The notes: generated from the letters alone by a model not told the origin. Numbered from the stretch's first letter, positions 30,493 to 41,616 are shown. The stretch is DNA of 64,000 bases from a virus (IMGVR_UViG_643348562_000001:20153-84152); one strand, 5' to 3'. Program-made: numbers and translations.

Positions 30493-33394
30493 GTGTTAAA
30501 GATGACATACAGAAATAAACGTATCAACAGACATGTGCATGCAAGAAAACCTGTGAACAGTGAGTTTGAAGAGAGACCTCAACGCATAACGATTACTAAA
30601 CGCGCTGAATTGAAAGAGTTCAAATTTGGTAAGTATCCGAATAAGCTACTCGAGATGATGTTTAAGGGGTGGTAACCATGTACGGACTACTGAATCGCAT
30701 TAAACTACTCGATGATAAAGAGAAGTTCGCAACAACGGTCATTCCGTTAAAGAATGGTATGTATAAAATATTGGAGCGTACAGAATTCTATCGTGTACGC
30801 TATCCTGCAACGATAACGAATAGCGAGGGAGTTACAGCATACTGTGAAGAATATGGCTTGCACAGAGCAGATATGAAGCAACTAGCACTATTCGAATAAG
30901 GAGTGAATCACATGATCATCTACTTAAAAGAATCAGAATGGACGAGACTGTTCAACCACTACATGAATAAAGGTTGGCAGACAGATAAACGAGATAAACG
31001 GAACGGTAATATCTATTATTCACTCATTGATGACACGTACAGAGCAATTGACGTATCAGGCGAAGTTTACGTAGAAGAGTTTAATAGCGCTCAGGAAATG
31101 CACGCACAGTACGATGAGCGAGTGCATGAGCAGGTTACTATATTTGATTACTGAAAGATGGAATAGAAGGAGAAGATGAATATGTCAAAACAAGTTGCTA
31201 AGTATGATCAATTAAAAGACGTGTATGTATTTATGAACGAAAATAAAGAAATGGTAGTGATTAAAGCTGATGTGGTTGAACAGTGTGTAGACCAAAAGAT
31301 TAAAGCTAATCAATGGATTGAGAAAGAATCAAATGAATACCACGAAGAAATGAAAAAAGCAGGAGGAAAATAAAATGTATATCGTACATTTCATGAAATA
31401 TGAAGATGATATTTTAGTTGATGCATGGACATCAGAAGATTATTTCAAAACTGAGTTTGATGCTAAAGGGTGGTTATTACCTGGTGGGAACGACAAATTT
31501 GTACAAGATGAAATGTTTGAGAATCATTATAAATACGAAAAAGATGGCATAAGACTTGAAGCTGAAATTAAATATATGTATGAGTTTTTAGGACTTTAAA
31601 ACGAAACCAAACATTCATCGAGGTGCTAAATGGATAAGTATAGAGACATGACAGTAGAACATGGCACAGGGTTAAGAAAGCAGCACACGAACTATGGATT
31701 TAAAGGCTCAGTTAATGAGTTCCTAGAATCAATTAGAAAATACAATAGTCCTTTTATTCAAGTATTCGAAAGAATTGATGGAGAGTTAGTACTGCTATGG
31801 TCTAAAGATAATAAAGGATTGCTACAGCGGGGAGAACAGATGGAGTTATTTTAACGTCCGGTTAAACGAACGATGGAATAACCTAGAGAACCTAAGTTAA
31901 AAAATCACAAGGAGGAAACAACATGCAAGAGTGGGTTAAAGAAGGCACAAATTACTGGGAGAACGAAGAATGTCCTAGAGAGTATTTAGAAAACGCACTT
32001 AAAGGACTTATCCACTTTATAGAAGATATACATGTAGATGATGAACTCGTTAGAAATATGAGTGATGAAGAACTTAAAAATAAAATAGATTTCTATGAGT
32101 ATGTAGCTGATAAGTAAATCACAAGGAGGAAATGAGAGATGAGTAAAGACAAAAAAGAATATTATGTACTTTCTATACCTTATGATTCTGCTTACGGAAT
32201 TTATGACACGTTCCAGCAAGCATTAGAAGAAGGAAACAGACCTGAAAATGAATGGCTTAAATTAATACTTTATAAAACTAAAATGAACAGAGCATTGAAA
32301 AGTGAGGACGTAATAGGACGATTCAGAGATGGAAAGTATATAAGTTCAGAAGAGTAAATCACAAGGAGGAAATGAAAGATGGCAAGAACTCGAATTAAAA
32401 TATTTGGAAGCTATTATGAAGATGATTTAGACCGTAAATTTGAAATCAATATGAATAATTGGTTAAGAAGTAACACTTATGAATTTGTAGTTAAAGATAT
32501 TAAGTTTGTACCAGTAGATTATAAAAGTGTGAAAGTTATTGTGATATTTGAATCGTAACACGAAAGGAGAGAGGGATCGTGAGACACGTAATAAGGGTTG
32601 GTAAATCAAGATGGTACACAGAAGATAGACCTCAAGGATATACGACATTTAAAAGTAAAGCATACGTAACAGAAGATGCACGAAAAGCATTAATTATTGC
32701 TATCAAACATGACGGAGATGTTGAGATACTCGAAAAGGAGAATGAATGATGAGAAAAACACCATACAGAAAAGTATATTGGTCTGTGGTTGGTAGAAAAC
32801 GCAAGTGGGATCATTGGAGAACTTTAGAATTCTTTTATATTCACTATAGATTGAGAAAAGGAGAATGACAATGACTAATATAGGAGATAAAGTCAAACTC
32901 AAGAAATATGACGAAACTATCTACACAGTAGTAAATGTCGAAGATGAACATGTAAGAGTAATCGATGGCACAGGTACTCAGCTTATGCAAGTACGCAAAG
33001 ATTTTGTTGATGTTGTCGAACAATATATCGATTACAAACAACGTGCTGATGAACTTGAAAAGCGATGGAGTGAGTTGGTAGATGTTCTGAAGAAAAAGTA
33101 TGAGTATTACAAAGTTAGAGCTGATGATGAAAGTGCAGGACCTATTGAACAAGATAAGTGGAAAATCGCAAAACACGAATTGATGATGGTGCTAAAAATT
33201 ATGACTGATTTGAAACGAGGTGAAACTGAATGAAAATTATATACTCACATAGCGACTGGAATGTAATTGATCCTCAGAATCAGATTGTTGAATCATTTTC
33301 AAACAAACAATGTGCTAAGGATTACCTGAAAGCATTAGAAGTACCATACAAAGAATTTTACAAAGTAAAAGAACATAAAGTGATGAGAAGAGAG
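30493..33394 (+). CDS. Cluster of small accessory early ORFs
   Basis: About 12 short ORFs with RBSs (e.g. 30678-30899, 30903-31154, 31375-31599, 31630-31854, 31923-32117, 32139-32357, 32379-32558, 32865-33233). Confidence 0.65.
31902..32372 (+). repeat. Three identical 17-bp RBS-containing repeats AAATCACAAGGAGGAAA
   Basis: At 31902, 32116 and 32356, each directly before a small ORF. Confidence 0.85.
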
Positions 33395-33403
33395 GGATAA
33401 GTA

Positions 33404-33706
33404 ATGATTAAAATGACAACGGAACTAATTAAAAAATGGGCAATAGACCGTAATTTAAACACAGCTGATCCGAATAAGCAGATGTTGAAATTAGTAGAAG
33501 AATTTGGGGAGTTAGGAGAAGGGATGGCAAAGGGTAAACCTGAACTTATCAAAGATGCATTAGGCGATATGTACGTGGTTATGACTATACTCGCAATGCA
33601 AATGGATATTGATATAAACGAGTGTATCGATATAGCTTACAACGAGATAAAAGATAGAAAAGGCAAAATGATTGATGGCGTGTTTGTGAAAGAATCTGAT
33701 TTGTAG
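33404..33706 (+). CDS. MazG-like nucleotide pyrophosphohydrolase
   Basis: KLVEEFGEL...DALGD motif. Confidence 0.85.
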   Translation: MIKMTTELIKKWAIDRNLNTADPNKQMLKLVEEFGELGEGMAKGKPELIKDALGDMYVVMTILAMQMDIDINECIDIAYNEIKDRKGKMIDGVFVKESDL

Positions 33707-33905
33707 CAGGAGGGAATCAAATGGAAATCATTTTATTAATACTGATAGCGTACTCGCTCATAACGTTTCATGAGCGACACCTATATAAACAACGTATCAA
33801 TGACTTAGAAATTGAACGCAATCATTACAAGTACTTGTACAACGAACGCAAAAAGGATTTGCAGATTGTAAAAGAACGAATGATGGGTGAGTAGTGGAGG
33901 TAGAA

Positions 33906-34392
33906 ATGCAAAAGAAAACAAGTCAACGTAATAGAGGTAAATACCTCGAGACATTAATCGAACGATCCAATATTCAATATGATTTAAAAGGTATAGCCAC
34001 AATCAATAAGATTCCAACACCTATGACGCATAAGGAGCAAGAACGGAAAGATATTTGATGCCAGGTACACCAAGAAATCAACAGTCGACTTTATCGGCAT
34101 TCACAATGGAAAATTTATCGCATTTGATACAAAGCAGACATCACTGACCAATCTGCCATTTAAGAATATCGAGCAACACCAGATCGAGTACTTGACCAAG
34201 ACTCATCAAAAGGGTGGCATTTGCTTTATTCTTATCTTATTTACGAAGTTTAACGAGTTATATAGATTAGACATCCAAGAACTAAAGGAGCTCAAGGAAA
34301 CGTTAAACAGAGCCAGTATTCCATATACCTGGTTTAAAGAGAATAAAAGACCAATCACAAGTAATAACGGAATCATCTACAACTACTTATAA
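33906..34392 (+). CDS. RecU-like Holliday junction resolvase, +1 base near 34032
   Basis: NRGKYLE...KIPTP, then in the next frame STVDFIG...FDTK; span is 3n+1. Confidence 0.8.
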
Positions 34393-34408
34393 AGGGGAAC
34401 AATAAACC

Positions 34409-34813
34409 ATGACTTATACGACCAACCAAATTGTAAGAATGATTAAAGATTATCAGATGAATGTGAAGGTAGTAGCTAAACTTAGAAAGGAATACATTGA
34501 GGATGTATGTGGAGCGAATATTTCACAGTACGGAATTGAAGCCACGATGCCTAAACCACAAGGACAGACATCTGATCCAATACTTAGAGAAGTGCAAAGA
34601 TTAATGAAACAAGATACAGTAATTGCTAAGTATGAAGCGAAAGTGAGATACATTCAAAACCGTTGGGACAGAATAACGGATGAGAAACAAGCGATGATAT
34701 TCAATATGGTATTGTCAGGTGTAGGGTATGACAAGATTGCAAAGACTGTTGAACTATCAGCTCAAAGAATACATCAAATCATAAATGAAATTGCAGAAAT
34801 ATTAAAAGATTGA
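34409..34813 (+). CDS. RinA/ArpU-like late transcriptional activator
   Basis: Last early gene; C-terminal sigma-region-4-like HTH. Confidence 0.7.
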   Translation: MTYTTNQIVRMIKDYQMNVKVVAKLRKEYIEDVCGANISQYGIEATMPKPQGQTSDPILREVQRLMKQDTVIAKYEAKVRYIQNRWDRITDEKQAMIFNMVLSGVGYDKIAKTVELSAQRIHQIINEIAEILKD

Positions 34814-34879
34814 TATTTTCCCTCTAGTGAAAGCTAGGGGGATTTTGTATGATTAGAAGAAAAGGGAGAGTAGGATAAT

Positions 34880-35752
34880 ATGACGGATAAAGAAAAATAT
34901 GGATTAAAATTAATTTCTATTGTATTTTTATCAATTTTGGTGATTTTTTTAATAAGTATATGTGTTTGGATAGATATTGGTAATAAAAATAAAGATTCAG
35001 TAACTATTGTTTTTCTGACCGGCCTAAATGTAGTAATAATGTCGATTCTGACATATTTACTTTTGGAAACTTCTAAAAAAAGTAATGAGACAAATGAACT
35101 CTTAGTAAAGCATACTATACATGTTCATAGTGCAAGTGTTATAGACAAGAATGTTATTTTAATAACTAAGTTAGATAATTATTTAAGAAGTGCCAAGGTT
35201 ATTAAACAGATGGTAATTAATAAATTAAGCACACCAAAAAAACATAAGATATTGAAAGAGATAAAATCAAAACGACGTAGAAATGGAGAAGATATAATTG
35301 TTTTCAATAATAACGAATTGAATCGCATTTGTAAAATCAAAGATTTGGAAGTTTTTTTGTACTACAATTGTTTCCCTGTTGACGAACCTGGTTTATCAAT
35401 AGAAAATCTATTTTTCGACAGTATTTTTAATACAACTAAATCGCATTATAGGATAGTAGATGCTAGAGAGAATTGGAACTTCCTTCTAAATCTTCGAAAC
35501 GAACAAGATTTACTTTTGGAAAGACTTTATTCTAATCATATTCAAGATTTTTTAAACTTATCGAAAAAGTTTGTTGAGGAAGCACTAAATGCCACGGATG
35601 ATAATGTAAATTTAATTTATACTGAGATCGAAAGTAGACACGCAGACTCAGTATTTGAACTCATGAATAATATTATATATAGTTTAGAGGAAATGATAAA
35701 AAATCTTTATGAAGTTAATGATAATCATAGTAAGAGATTATATTTTGATTAA
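34880..35752 (+). CDS. AT-rich moron, N-terminal two-TM hypothetical protein
   Basis: 290 aa; two hydrophobic segments; between late activator and late promoter. Confidence 0.7.
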   Translation: MTDKEKYGLKLISIVFLSILVIFLISICVWIDIGNKNKDSVTIVFLTGLNVVIMSILTYLLLETSKKSNETNELLVKHTIHVHSASVIDKNVILITKLDNYLRSAKVIKQMVINKLSTPKKHKILKEIKSKRRRNGEDIIVFNNNELNRICKIKDLEVFLYYNCFPVDEPGLSIENLFFDSIFNTTKSHYRIVDARENWNFLLNLRNEQDLLLERLYSNHIQDFLNLSKKFVEEALNATDDNVNLIYTEIESRHADSVFELMNNIIYSLEEMIKNLYEVNDNHSKRLYFD

Positions 35753-35753
35753 T

Positions 35754-35804
35754 TTACATATTTACAAAACTTACAAATTTACATATCGTGACATAACCTA
35801 TAAT
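35754..35804 (+). promoter_or_regulatory. Probable late promoter with four TTACA repeats and TATAAT
   Basis: TTACA at 35754, 35762, 35771, 35779; TATAAT at 35799. Confidence 0.5.
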
Positions 35805-36032
35805 CCTAATTTAAAATGGGAGGTAGGTCGGAGCGTAGTACACTACAATCATTCAAAAACTTGTTTTTGTACCTCGCACTGCATGAACCTAACGGTTCTT
35901 CGTTTACTTTGCCATGAGTAATCTCCTTTCAAAGAATATGTATGGAAACCATCTAGTAATTTCTAGGTGGTTTTTGTATTATTAAACTGTACATGTAAAT
36001 GTGCCAATTAATTACAAAGGGAGAAGATAGGA

Positions 36033-36236
36033 ATGAACTTACACAGAATTAATTTTTCAGAAGAGAATTATATCAATACTGACGATAACGGTTATGCTGA
36101 AGTAATGGATGGTTTAGCGAATAACCAAAAATTTGCAGAAATCACTTGTTTTAAAAATAACAGTACTGAAGTTGGAGTTGTAGTGATTTTAGATAAGATT
36201 ACTTATATTGAAATGAATGCTTTTACTTTAGATTAA
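36033..36236 (+). CDS. Small hypothetical moron
   Basis: RBS; bracketed by terminator hairpins. Confidence 0.6.
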   Translation: MNLHRINFSEENYINTDDNGYAEVMDGLANNQKFAEITCFKNNSTEVGVVVILDKITYIEMNAFTLD

Positions 36237-36348
36237 AAATTCAACACTCACTCTGGTGGGTGTTTTTTAATGCAATAAAATAAATAGAGTTTAGTAACGT
36301 AAAGGTTGTGAGATATGAGATGAACGAGATTGAAGTTGTTGATGATGC

Positions 36349-37062
36349 ATGAGTACAAATTGGGACGCAGTAAAAGAAGACTATGACACAGGACAGTATA
36401 CACAGAAACAATTAGCAGAAAAACATAAAATTAAGTTAGGTACATTGAAGTCGAAAATAAGTAGAGAAAAGTGGAAAAAGGTTGCAACCAAGAAAAAGGA
36501 TGCAACTAATAAAGTTGCAAAAAAGAAGCATCCACAAGATACAACAGATATAAGAAGAAAGAGTGGTAATCCTAATCCACCTAATCAATTCGCAGAACGG
36601 AACAACTTTGCTGTGAAGCATGGATTACTGAGTAGGTACATTCCTAAAGAGACGATGGAGCTTATGGGCATAGCTGATTCGATGGATGCATCAGATATTA
36701 TATGGGCTCAGATACAAATACAGTTTGCGGCAATAATAAGAGCACAAAAAGTAATGTGGGTAGAAGATGCTAACGATCATACGAGTGGAACAACTGGTGT
36801 AAGCATGGATGGTGAATCTATGAAAGTTGCATTCGCTTATGAAAAGTATGCATCTTTTTTAAGTGCACAATCACGAGCAATGGCTGAACTAAGGAGTGCA
36901 TTGAAACAATTCTCATTACATGCAGCAGATGATGATTATCGTAAGTTGCAAGTTGCAGTTATGCAGGAACAATTAACGCAGATTAAGCAACAGAATGAGA
37001 ATGGAGCACAATCTGATAAACCATTAGAAATCTTAATCACAAGAAAAGAGGGACGAGAATGA
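36349..37062 (+). CDS. terS: Terminase small subunit
   Basis: N-terminal [12 protein letters not shown] motif; directly upstream of terL. Confidence 0.85.
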   Translation: MSTNWDAVKEDYDTGQYTQKQLAEKHKIKLGTLKSKISREKWKKVATKKKDATNKVAKKKHPQDTTDIRRKSGNPNPPNQFAERNNFAVKHGLLSRYIPKETMELMGIADSMDASDIIWAQIQIQFAAIIRAQKVMWVEDANDHTSGTTGVSMDGESMKVAFAYEKYASFLSAQSRAMAELRSALKQFSLHAADDDYRKLQVAVMQEQLTQIKQQNENGAQSDKPLEILITRKEGRE

Positions 37063-38351
37063 CAGAAGCTGTTCAGTTGAATAAAGAAGTTAATCCTCGC
37101 TTTGAAGAATTCTTGTTTGATTGGAATCAGAAGTTTCAATTTCTTGTCGGTGGTTATGGCAGCAGTAAATCATATCACGTTGCATTAAAGATCATTCTTA
37201 AGTTGATATCTGAGAAGCGGAAAGCGTTAGTTGTTCGTGAAGTATTTGAGACTATTAGAGATTCATGTTTCTCGCTCTTTGAAGAGATAATCTATGACTT
37301 AGAACTGAATACAAAAGGTGTAAGGCTTACTACAAGTCCTATGAAGATAACATTTCCGAATGGAAGTCAGATTATTTTCAAAGGAATGGATAAGCCAGGT
37401 AAATTAAAATCGATCAATGACATCTCGCTAATTTGGTTAGAAGAGTGTTCAGAGATAAAGTATGCAGGATTTAAAGAGTTAATTGGTCGTTTAAGACACC
37501 CACGATTAAGAAACTACATGATATTGTCTACAAATCCAGTGAGTAAAAGTAATTGGACATATCTTCATTTCTTTATCAACAAAGATGCGAAAGTCATAAA
37601 GTTAGATGATTACCGTTTATACAAAGAAAAGACAATCGTTTTAGGGGACACGTACTATCATCATTCAACAGCTGATGATAACTACTTTTTACCTGATGAT
37701 TATATTGCACAGCTTGATGACATGAAGAACTATGATATTGATCTGCATCGAGTTGCTAGACTAGGACAATTCGGAGCAAATGGTAAGAAGGTATTACCTC
37801 AATTCGAAGTCATGGCGCATGATGAAGTAATGAAAGTAGTAAACAGAACGAGTGCAAGATTATTAAAGAATGGTCTCGACTTTGGTTTTGTTACTTCATT
37901 CAACGCATTATCACGAATGGCCATAGATGAAAAGAATATGTGGTTATACATTTATGATGAAGTCTATACGAAAGAGCAAGATGATGAAGAACTGTACCAG
38001 GAGCTAGCTTATCTAGGCAGAACGCTTATAAAAGCTGACCACGAGGACAGTACAATCAAATATCTAAACAAAAAAGGTATGAATCTAAGAAAAGCTAAGA
38101 AGTATGCCGGTTCACGTGCCGAATACACAAAGAAGGTGAAACGGTTCAAACGTATTATATGTTCAGATAAATGTGTAAATCATATCGATGAGCTACAAGA
38201 TTTAACATATAAGACTAACAATAACGATGAAATCATTGAGGATCAGTTCAATATTGACCCGCATACATTCTCGGCTATGTGGTACGGACTTGATGATTAT
38301 GATGTAGCAGTTCCTAAAGGCGACTACATTAGACAACAAAGTGCATGGTAA
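37059..38351 (+). CDS. terL: Terminase large subunit, PBSX family
   Basis: GGYGSSKS Walker [26 protein letters not shown]. Confidence 0.95.
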   Translation: MTEAVQLNKEVNPRFEEFLFDWNQKFQFLVGGYGSSKSYHVALKIILKLISEKRKALVVREVFETIRDSCFSLFEEIIYDLELNTKGVRLTTSPMKITFPNGSQIIFKGMDKPGKLKSINDISLIWLEECSEIKYAGFKELIGRLRHPRLRNYMILSTNPVSKSNWTYLHFFINKDAKVIKLDDYRLYKEKTIVLGDTYYHHSTADDNYFLPDDYIAQLDDMKNYDIDLHRVARLGQFGANGKKVLPQFEVMAHDEVMKVVNRTSARLLKNGLDFGFVTSFNALSRMAIDEKNMWLYIYDEVYTKEQDDEELYQELAYLGRTLIKADHEDSTIKYLNKKGMNLRKAKKYAGSRAEYTKKVKRFKRIICSDKCVNHIDELQDLTYKTNNNDEIIEDQFNIDPHTFSAMWYGLDDYDVAVPKGDYIRQQSAW

Positions 38352-38363
38352 AGGAGGGCGAAA

Positions 38364-39983
38364 ATGAACGAGTGGAAGAAGTTTGATAAAGACTTTATAA
38401 AGAAAAAGCATGATGACATGTATTTCTATCGTGATTTGTATGATGGTAAACATGCAAATATCTTTCCTAGAGCTAAAGAGTTAATCAGTAAAGGCGAGAT
38501 AATTGATATTCTGCAATACGGAGAGTACAACGCCAAGAATGTAATGACACCATACTTGATGTTGAATATATGTAAAATTATCGTTGATACACCTTCGCTG
38601 TTAATCAGTCGTGGCATTGGTAAGGTTAAGACTAACTTCCCGAATAAGGAAGAGTTAGCAAATGATACAACGACTGAAGAAGCGAAAATGATTGAGGGAA
38701 CAGTTGATAATTCATTCAACAGTGAAGTCATCGACTTGCAGCAAGAGACGATAGACCAGATTGTTAAGAACTCAAAGATTGATCACAAGATGAACATCAC
38801 TCAATTATTAGTTGATGGTGGTATCGTAGCTGTACCTTCTATGATTAATGGACAGTTAAAGCTGATGTTCAAGGAGCGTAATGTTTATTATCCTCATGAT
38901 GATGGTCATGGATATGATTTAGTATATGAGTTACCTCAGACTGAAGAAGAGAAAGAAGCGGGTATTGATTACGTCCATATTTATACTGAACGTGAAGATG
39001 AGGACAGACTTCTTATACTTCATAAGTTATTCAGAAGAAATGGTGAATCTCAACTTGAAGAAGTTGAAGATTTATCTTTCATTCAAGATAAAATAGGTAT
39101 CGAACAGTTATATCAAGAGTTTGAAGGTCGTAAACGTTCGTTTATAGCTTATCTTGCGAATAATGCAACGTTCTATAATAAGCTAGGTTCATCTGAACTT
39201 AAAGGACTTGCAGGACGACAAGACGAAGTGAACTGGACCTTAACAAGAGCATCACAGACATTTGAGCGCAATGGTAAGCCACGTATCAGTATTACAAGTG
39301 AAACAATGGATACATTAAGAAGAATTGCAGCTGATAGATATGGTGATGAAAACAAGATTGATCATAGAGATTTAGAGATTCAAGAAATCGGTGAAAATGG
39401 TCAAGTCATGCAGATACATCAGATTGACGTCGATAAAATAGGTGATATGGCTTATCTTAAAGACATTATCAGAGGGATGTTAGCAGAAACGCAGACATCA
39501 CAAGCAGCAATGGAATTTGTAAGGACAGACACTGCAAGTCCTCAGTCTGGTGTAGCAAAATTCTATGACTTACTTGTATCTTTGATGAAAGCAGAACAAA
39601 TTAGAAATGATTATGTTGAATTCCTTAAAACTTTATTCGAGAGTGCCTTATGGTTAGCGAATAAAGAGAATGACAGTATCATCATTGAAGAGCCTAACAT
39701 CACAGTACAAGCGATGATTCCGGTGCCAGAAAAAGAAATCACTGATGCGAATATTGCGAAGTACAATGCTAAAGTTCAGTCGCTTGAAGAGACAGTGAGA
39801 TTGAACAACCCTGATAAGACAGATGAATGGGTTTATGAAGAGGTTGAACGTATCAAATCAGAATCGACATCACAAGACAGTATGAGTGTTCTAAATGGCA
39901 ATAATACATTGAATAACTTTTTAAACAACAGGCAACCTGATGGAACGCCACTCGATGAACTAGGAAATCCAATCAAGGAGTGA
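38364..39983 (+). CDS. Portal protein (SPP1-like)
   Basis: 539 aa after terL; synteny. Confidence 0.8.
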   Translation: MNEWKKFDKDFIKKKHDDMYFYRDLYDGKHANIFPRAKELISKGEIIDILQYGEYNAKNVMTPYLMLNICKIIVDTPSLLISRGIGKVKTNFPNKEELANDTTTEEAKMIEGTVDNSFNSEVIDLQQETIDQIVKNSKIDHKMNITQLLVDGGIVAVPSMINGQLKLMFKERNVYYPHDDGHGYDLVYELPQTEEEKEAGIDYVHIYTEREDEDRLLILHKLFRRNGESQLEEVEDLSFIQDKIGIEQLYQEFEGRKRSFIAYLANNATFYNKLGSSELKGLAGRQDEVNWTLTRASQTFERNGKPRISITSETMDTLRRIAADRYGDENKIDHRDLEIQEIGENGQVMQIHQIDVDKIGDMAYLKDIIRGMLAETQTSQAAMEFVRTDTASPQSGVAKFYDLLVSLMKAEQIRNDYVEFLKTLFESALWLANKENDSIIIEEPNITVQAMIPVPEKEITDANIAKYNAKVQSLEETVRLNNPDKTDEWVYEEVERIKSESTSQDSMSVLNGNNTLNNFLNNRQPDGTPLDELGNPIKE

Positions 39984-39987
39984 TTAG

Positions 39988-41076
39988 ATGAACGCTGAAC
40001 AATTAACATTGCTGATTGATGAATTGAAGAAGCACATTGTATCGCTTCTGCATATTACCGATCATTTAAAAGATAGTGATGTACAAAAGACATTACTGAC
40101 AATCAATAAAATATTTGATGAACTAGGACTTGCTGTTCAAGAGGTATTACCTGTTGAATTAGCGAAGTCCTATTTTATTGCGATAGATGAAGCTACAGAA
40201 GATTTACAAGAGCAAGGCATACAGTTGAATGGTCGAGCAATTGTCGATGGTGTAGTGCAGGCAGACTTTAAGACACAAGCAAACGTTGAAGCGCTATCCA
40301 ATATCGTTACTGACACGATGCTAGACATGCAAGCAGCAATTAGAACCGCTAAAGAAAACTTTAATAATAGTTATATGCAGACATTAGAAGCAGTCAGAAG
40401 TGATATAAGCAAAGGGATCTTAGATGGTAACAATCGTGAAGCAATCATAAAGCGAGTATCAGATACATTCTTACAAGATGGATTTACTTCGTTTAAGACT
40501 GTAGATGGTAAGCAGTTACCTTTGGACTTCTACTCACGTACAGTGGTTAGAACAAAGATGAGGGCAGCAACGAATCATGGTCATCTAATTAGATATGAAG
40601 AAGCGGGTGTCAATCTCGTAACGATAACTGGAAGAGAGCCTACCTGTGGTATATGTGCTAGGTATCGTAACCACGTCTTCAGTATTGACGGAAAAGATAA
40701 ACGATTCCCACATATCGATGTATACGGACTATTTCCATTGCATCCGAATTGCGAATGCCGTATCAGACCATTTGTAATTGAATATAAAAGTCAGTCTGAG
40801 ATCAATAAAGCTATTGTTAAAGCAAAGTCATTTAATCCTGATATTGATCCAAGAGCACAAAAACAAAAAGATGCATACAAGCAAGACCAGGATAAGAAAC
40901 GTATCGCAAGACAAGAAGATAAGCATTACATAAAGATGAAAGCGATATTAGGAGATAAAGCGCCAAAGAATATTGGTGCATATCGAAATATCAAGCGTAA
41001 TAATCCAATTAAGTTTGAAGAACTTAAGAAGATGATGAGGGGTGAACCTTATGAAGTTAAGGATAGGGCATATTGA
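39988..41076 (+). CDS. Minor capsid/head morphogenesis protein
   Basis: CGIC...PLHPNCECRI motif. Confidence 0.8.
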   Translation: MNAEQLTLLIDELKKHIVSLLHITDHLKDSDVQKTLLTINKIFDELGLAVQEVLPVELAKSYFIAIDEATEDLQEQGIQLNGRAIVDGVVQADFKTQANVEALSNIVTDTMLDMQAAIRTAKENFNNSYMQTLEAVRSDISKGILDGNNREAIIKRVSDTFLQDGFTSFKTVDGKQLPLDFYSRTVVRTKMRAATNHGHLIRYEEAGVNLVTITGREPTCGICARYRNHVFSIDGKDKRFPHIDVYGLFPLHPNCECRIRPFVIEYKSQSEINKAIVKAKSFNPDIDPRAQKQKDAYKQDQDKKRIARQEDKHYIKMKAILGDKAPKNIGAYRNIKRNNPIKFEELKKMMRGEPYEVKDRAY

Positions 41077-41362
41077 TTATGAAGTAATAGAACAAAAGAA
41101 ACCTAAGAATGATGATGGAACTGTCTGTGTAGGCATAATTGATTATTTTGACCATGAAATATTATTAATGAAATCACTTAGTGCTGAGCATAAAAGAAAA
41201 ACTCTTGCACATGAGATTACACATGGATTATTACATGAATCAGGATTCGAAACTGATGAAGGAATTCATTCTGAAGACACAGTCAATCGCATAGGGTTAA
41301 CTCTGCATGGATTTTTAAAGGATAATATCGAAGCTTTATATGAATTATATAAACCTCTCTAG
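41042..41362 (+). CDS. HExxH-containing small phage protein
   Basis: TLAHEITHGLL motif. Confidence 0.7.
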   Translation: MNLMKLRIGHIDYEVIEQKKPKNDDGTVCVGIIDYFDHEILLMKSLSAEHKRKTLAHEITHGLLHESGFETDEGIHSEDTVNRIGLTLHGFLKDNIEALYELYKPL

Positions 41363-41378
41363 AGCGAGAGGTTATCGA

Positions 41379-41528
41379 TTATTTTTTCTTTTTTGTTGTT
41401 TTTCTTGCTTGAGCTAGTACACTTCCTGCTAAAGAACGTGCTGACTTTGTACTTTTATTAGATTTCAACACTTTGCTTGCAAGTTTAGCCATTTTACTTG
41501 AAGATTGTTTGTTATTCTTTTTACCCAT
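41379..41528 (-). CDS. 49-aa highly basic moron protein (not in ORF track)
   Basis: GAGGTG RBS; MGKKNNKQSSSKMAKLASKVLKSNKSTKSARSLAGSVLAQARKTTKKKK. Confidence 0.65.
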   Translation of the reverse strand: MGKKNNKQSSSKMAKLASKVLKSNKSTKSARSLAGSVLAQARKTTKKKK

Positions 41529-41616
41529 TTAAACACCTCGCTTTCTTATAAAGATAGTATCACGAAAATTTATAAATCACACTTTTATTAAAAAAAGTAA
41601 ATATATTAAGTAACAA

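Noticed and set aside
31902-32372. Repeats with regular spacing, considered as a CRISPR array
   Set aside because: Only three 17-bp copies; they are RBSs, the spacers are 200+ bp ORFs, and there are no cas genes
33404-33706. MazG-like gene as a novel counter-defence factor
   Set aside because: Common in Firmicutes phages; nothing in the sequence distinguishes this copy
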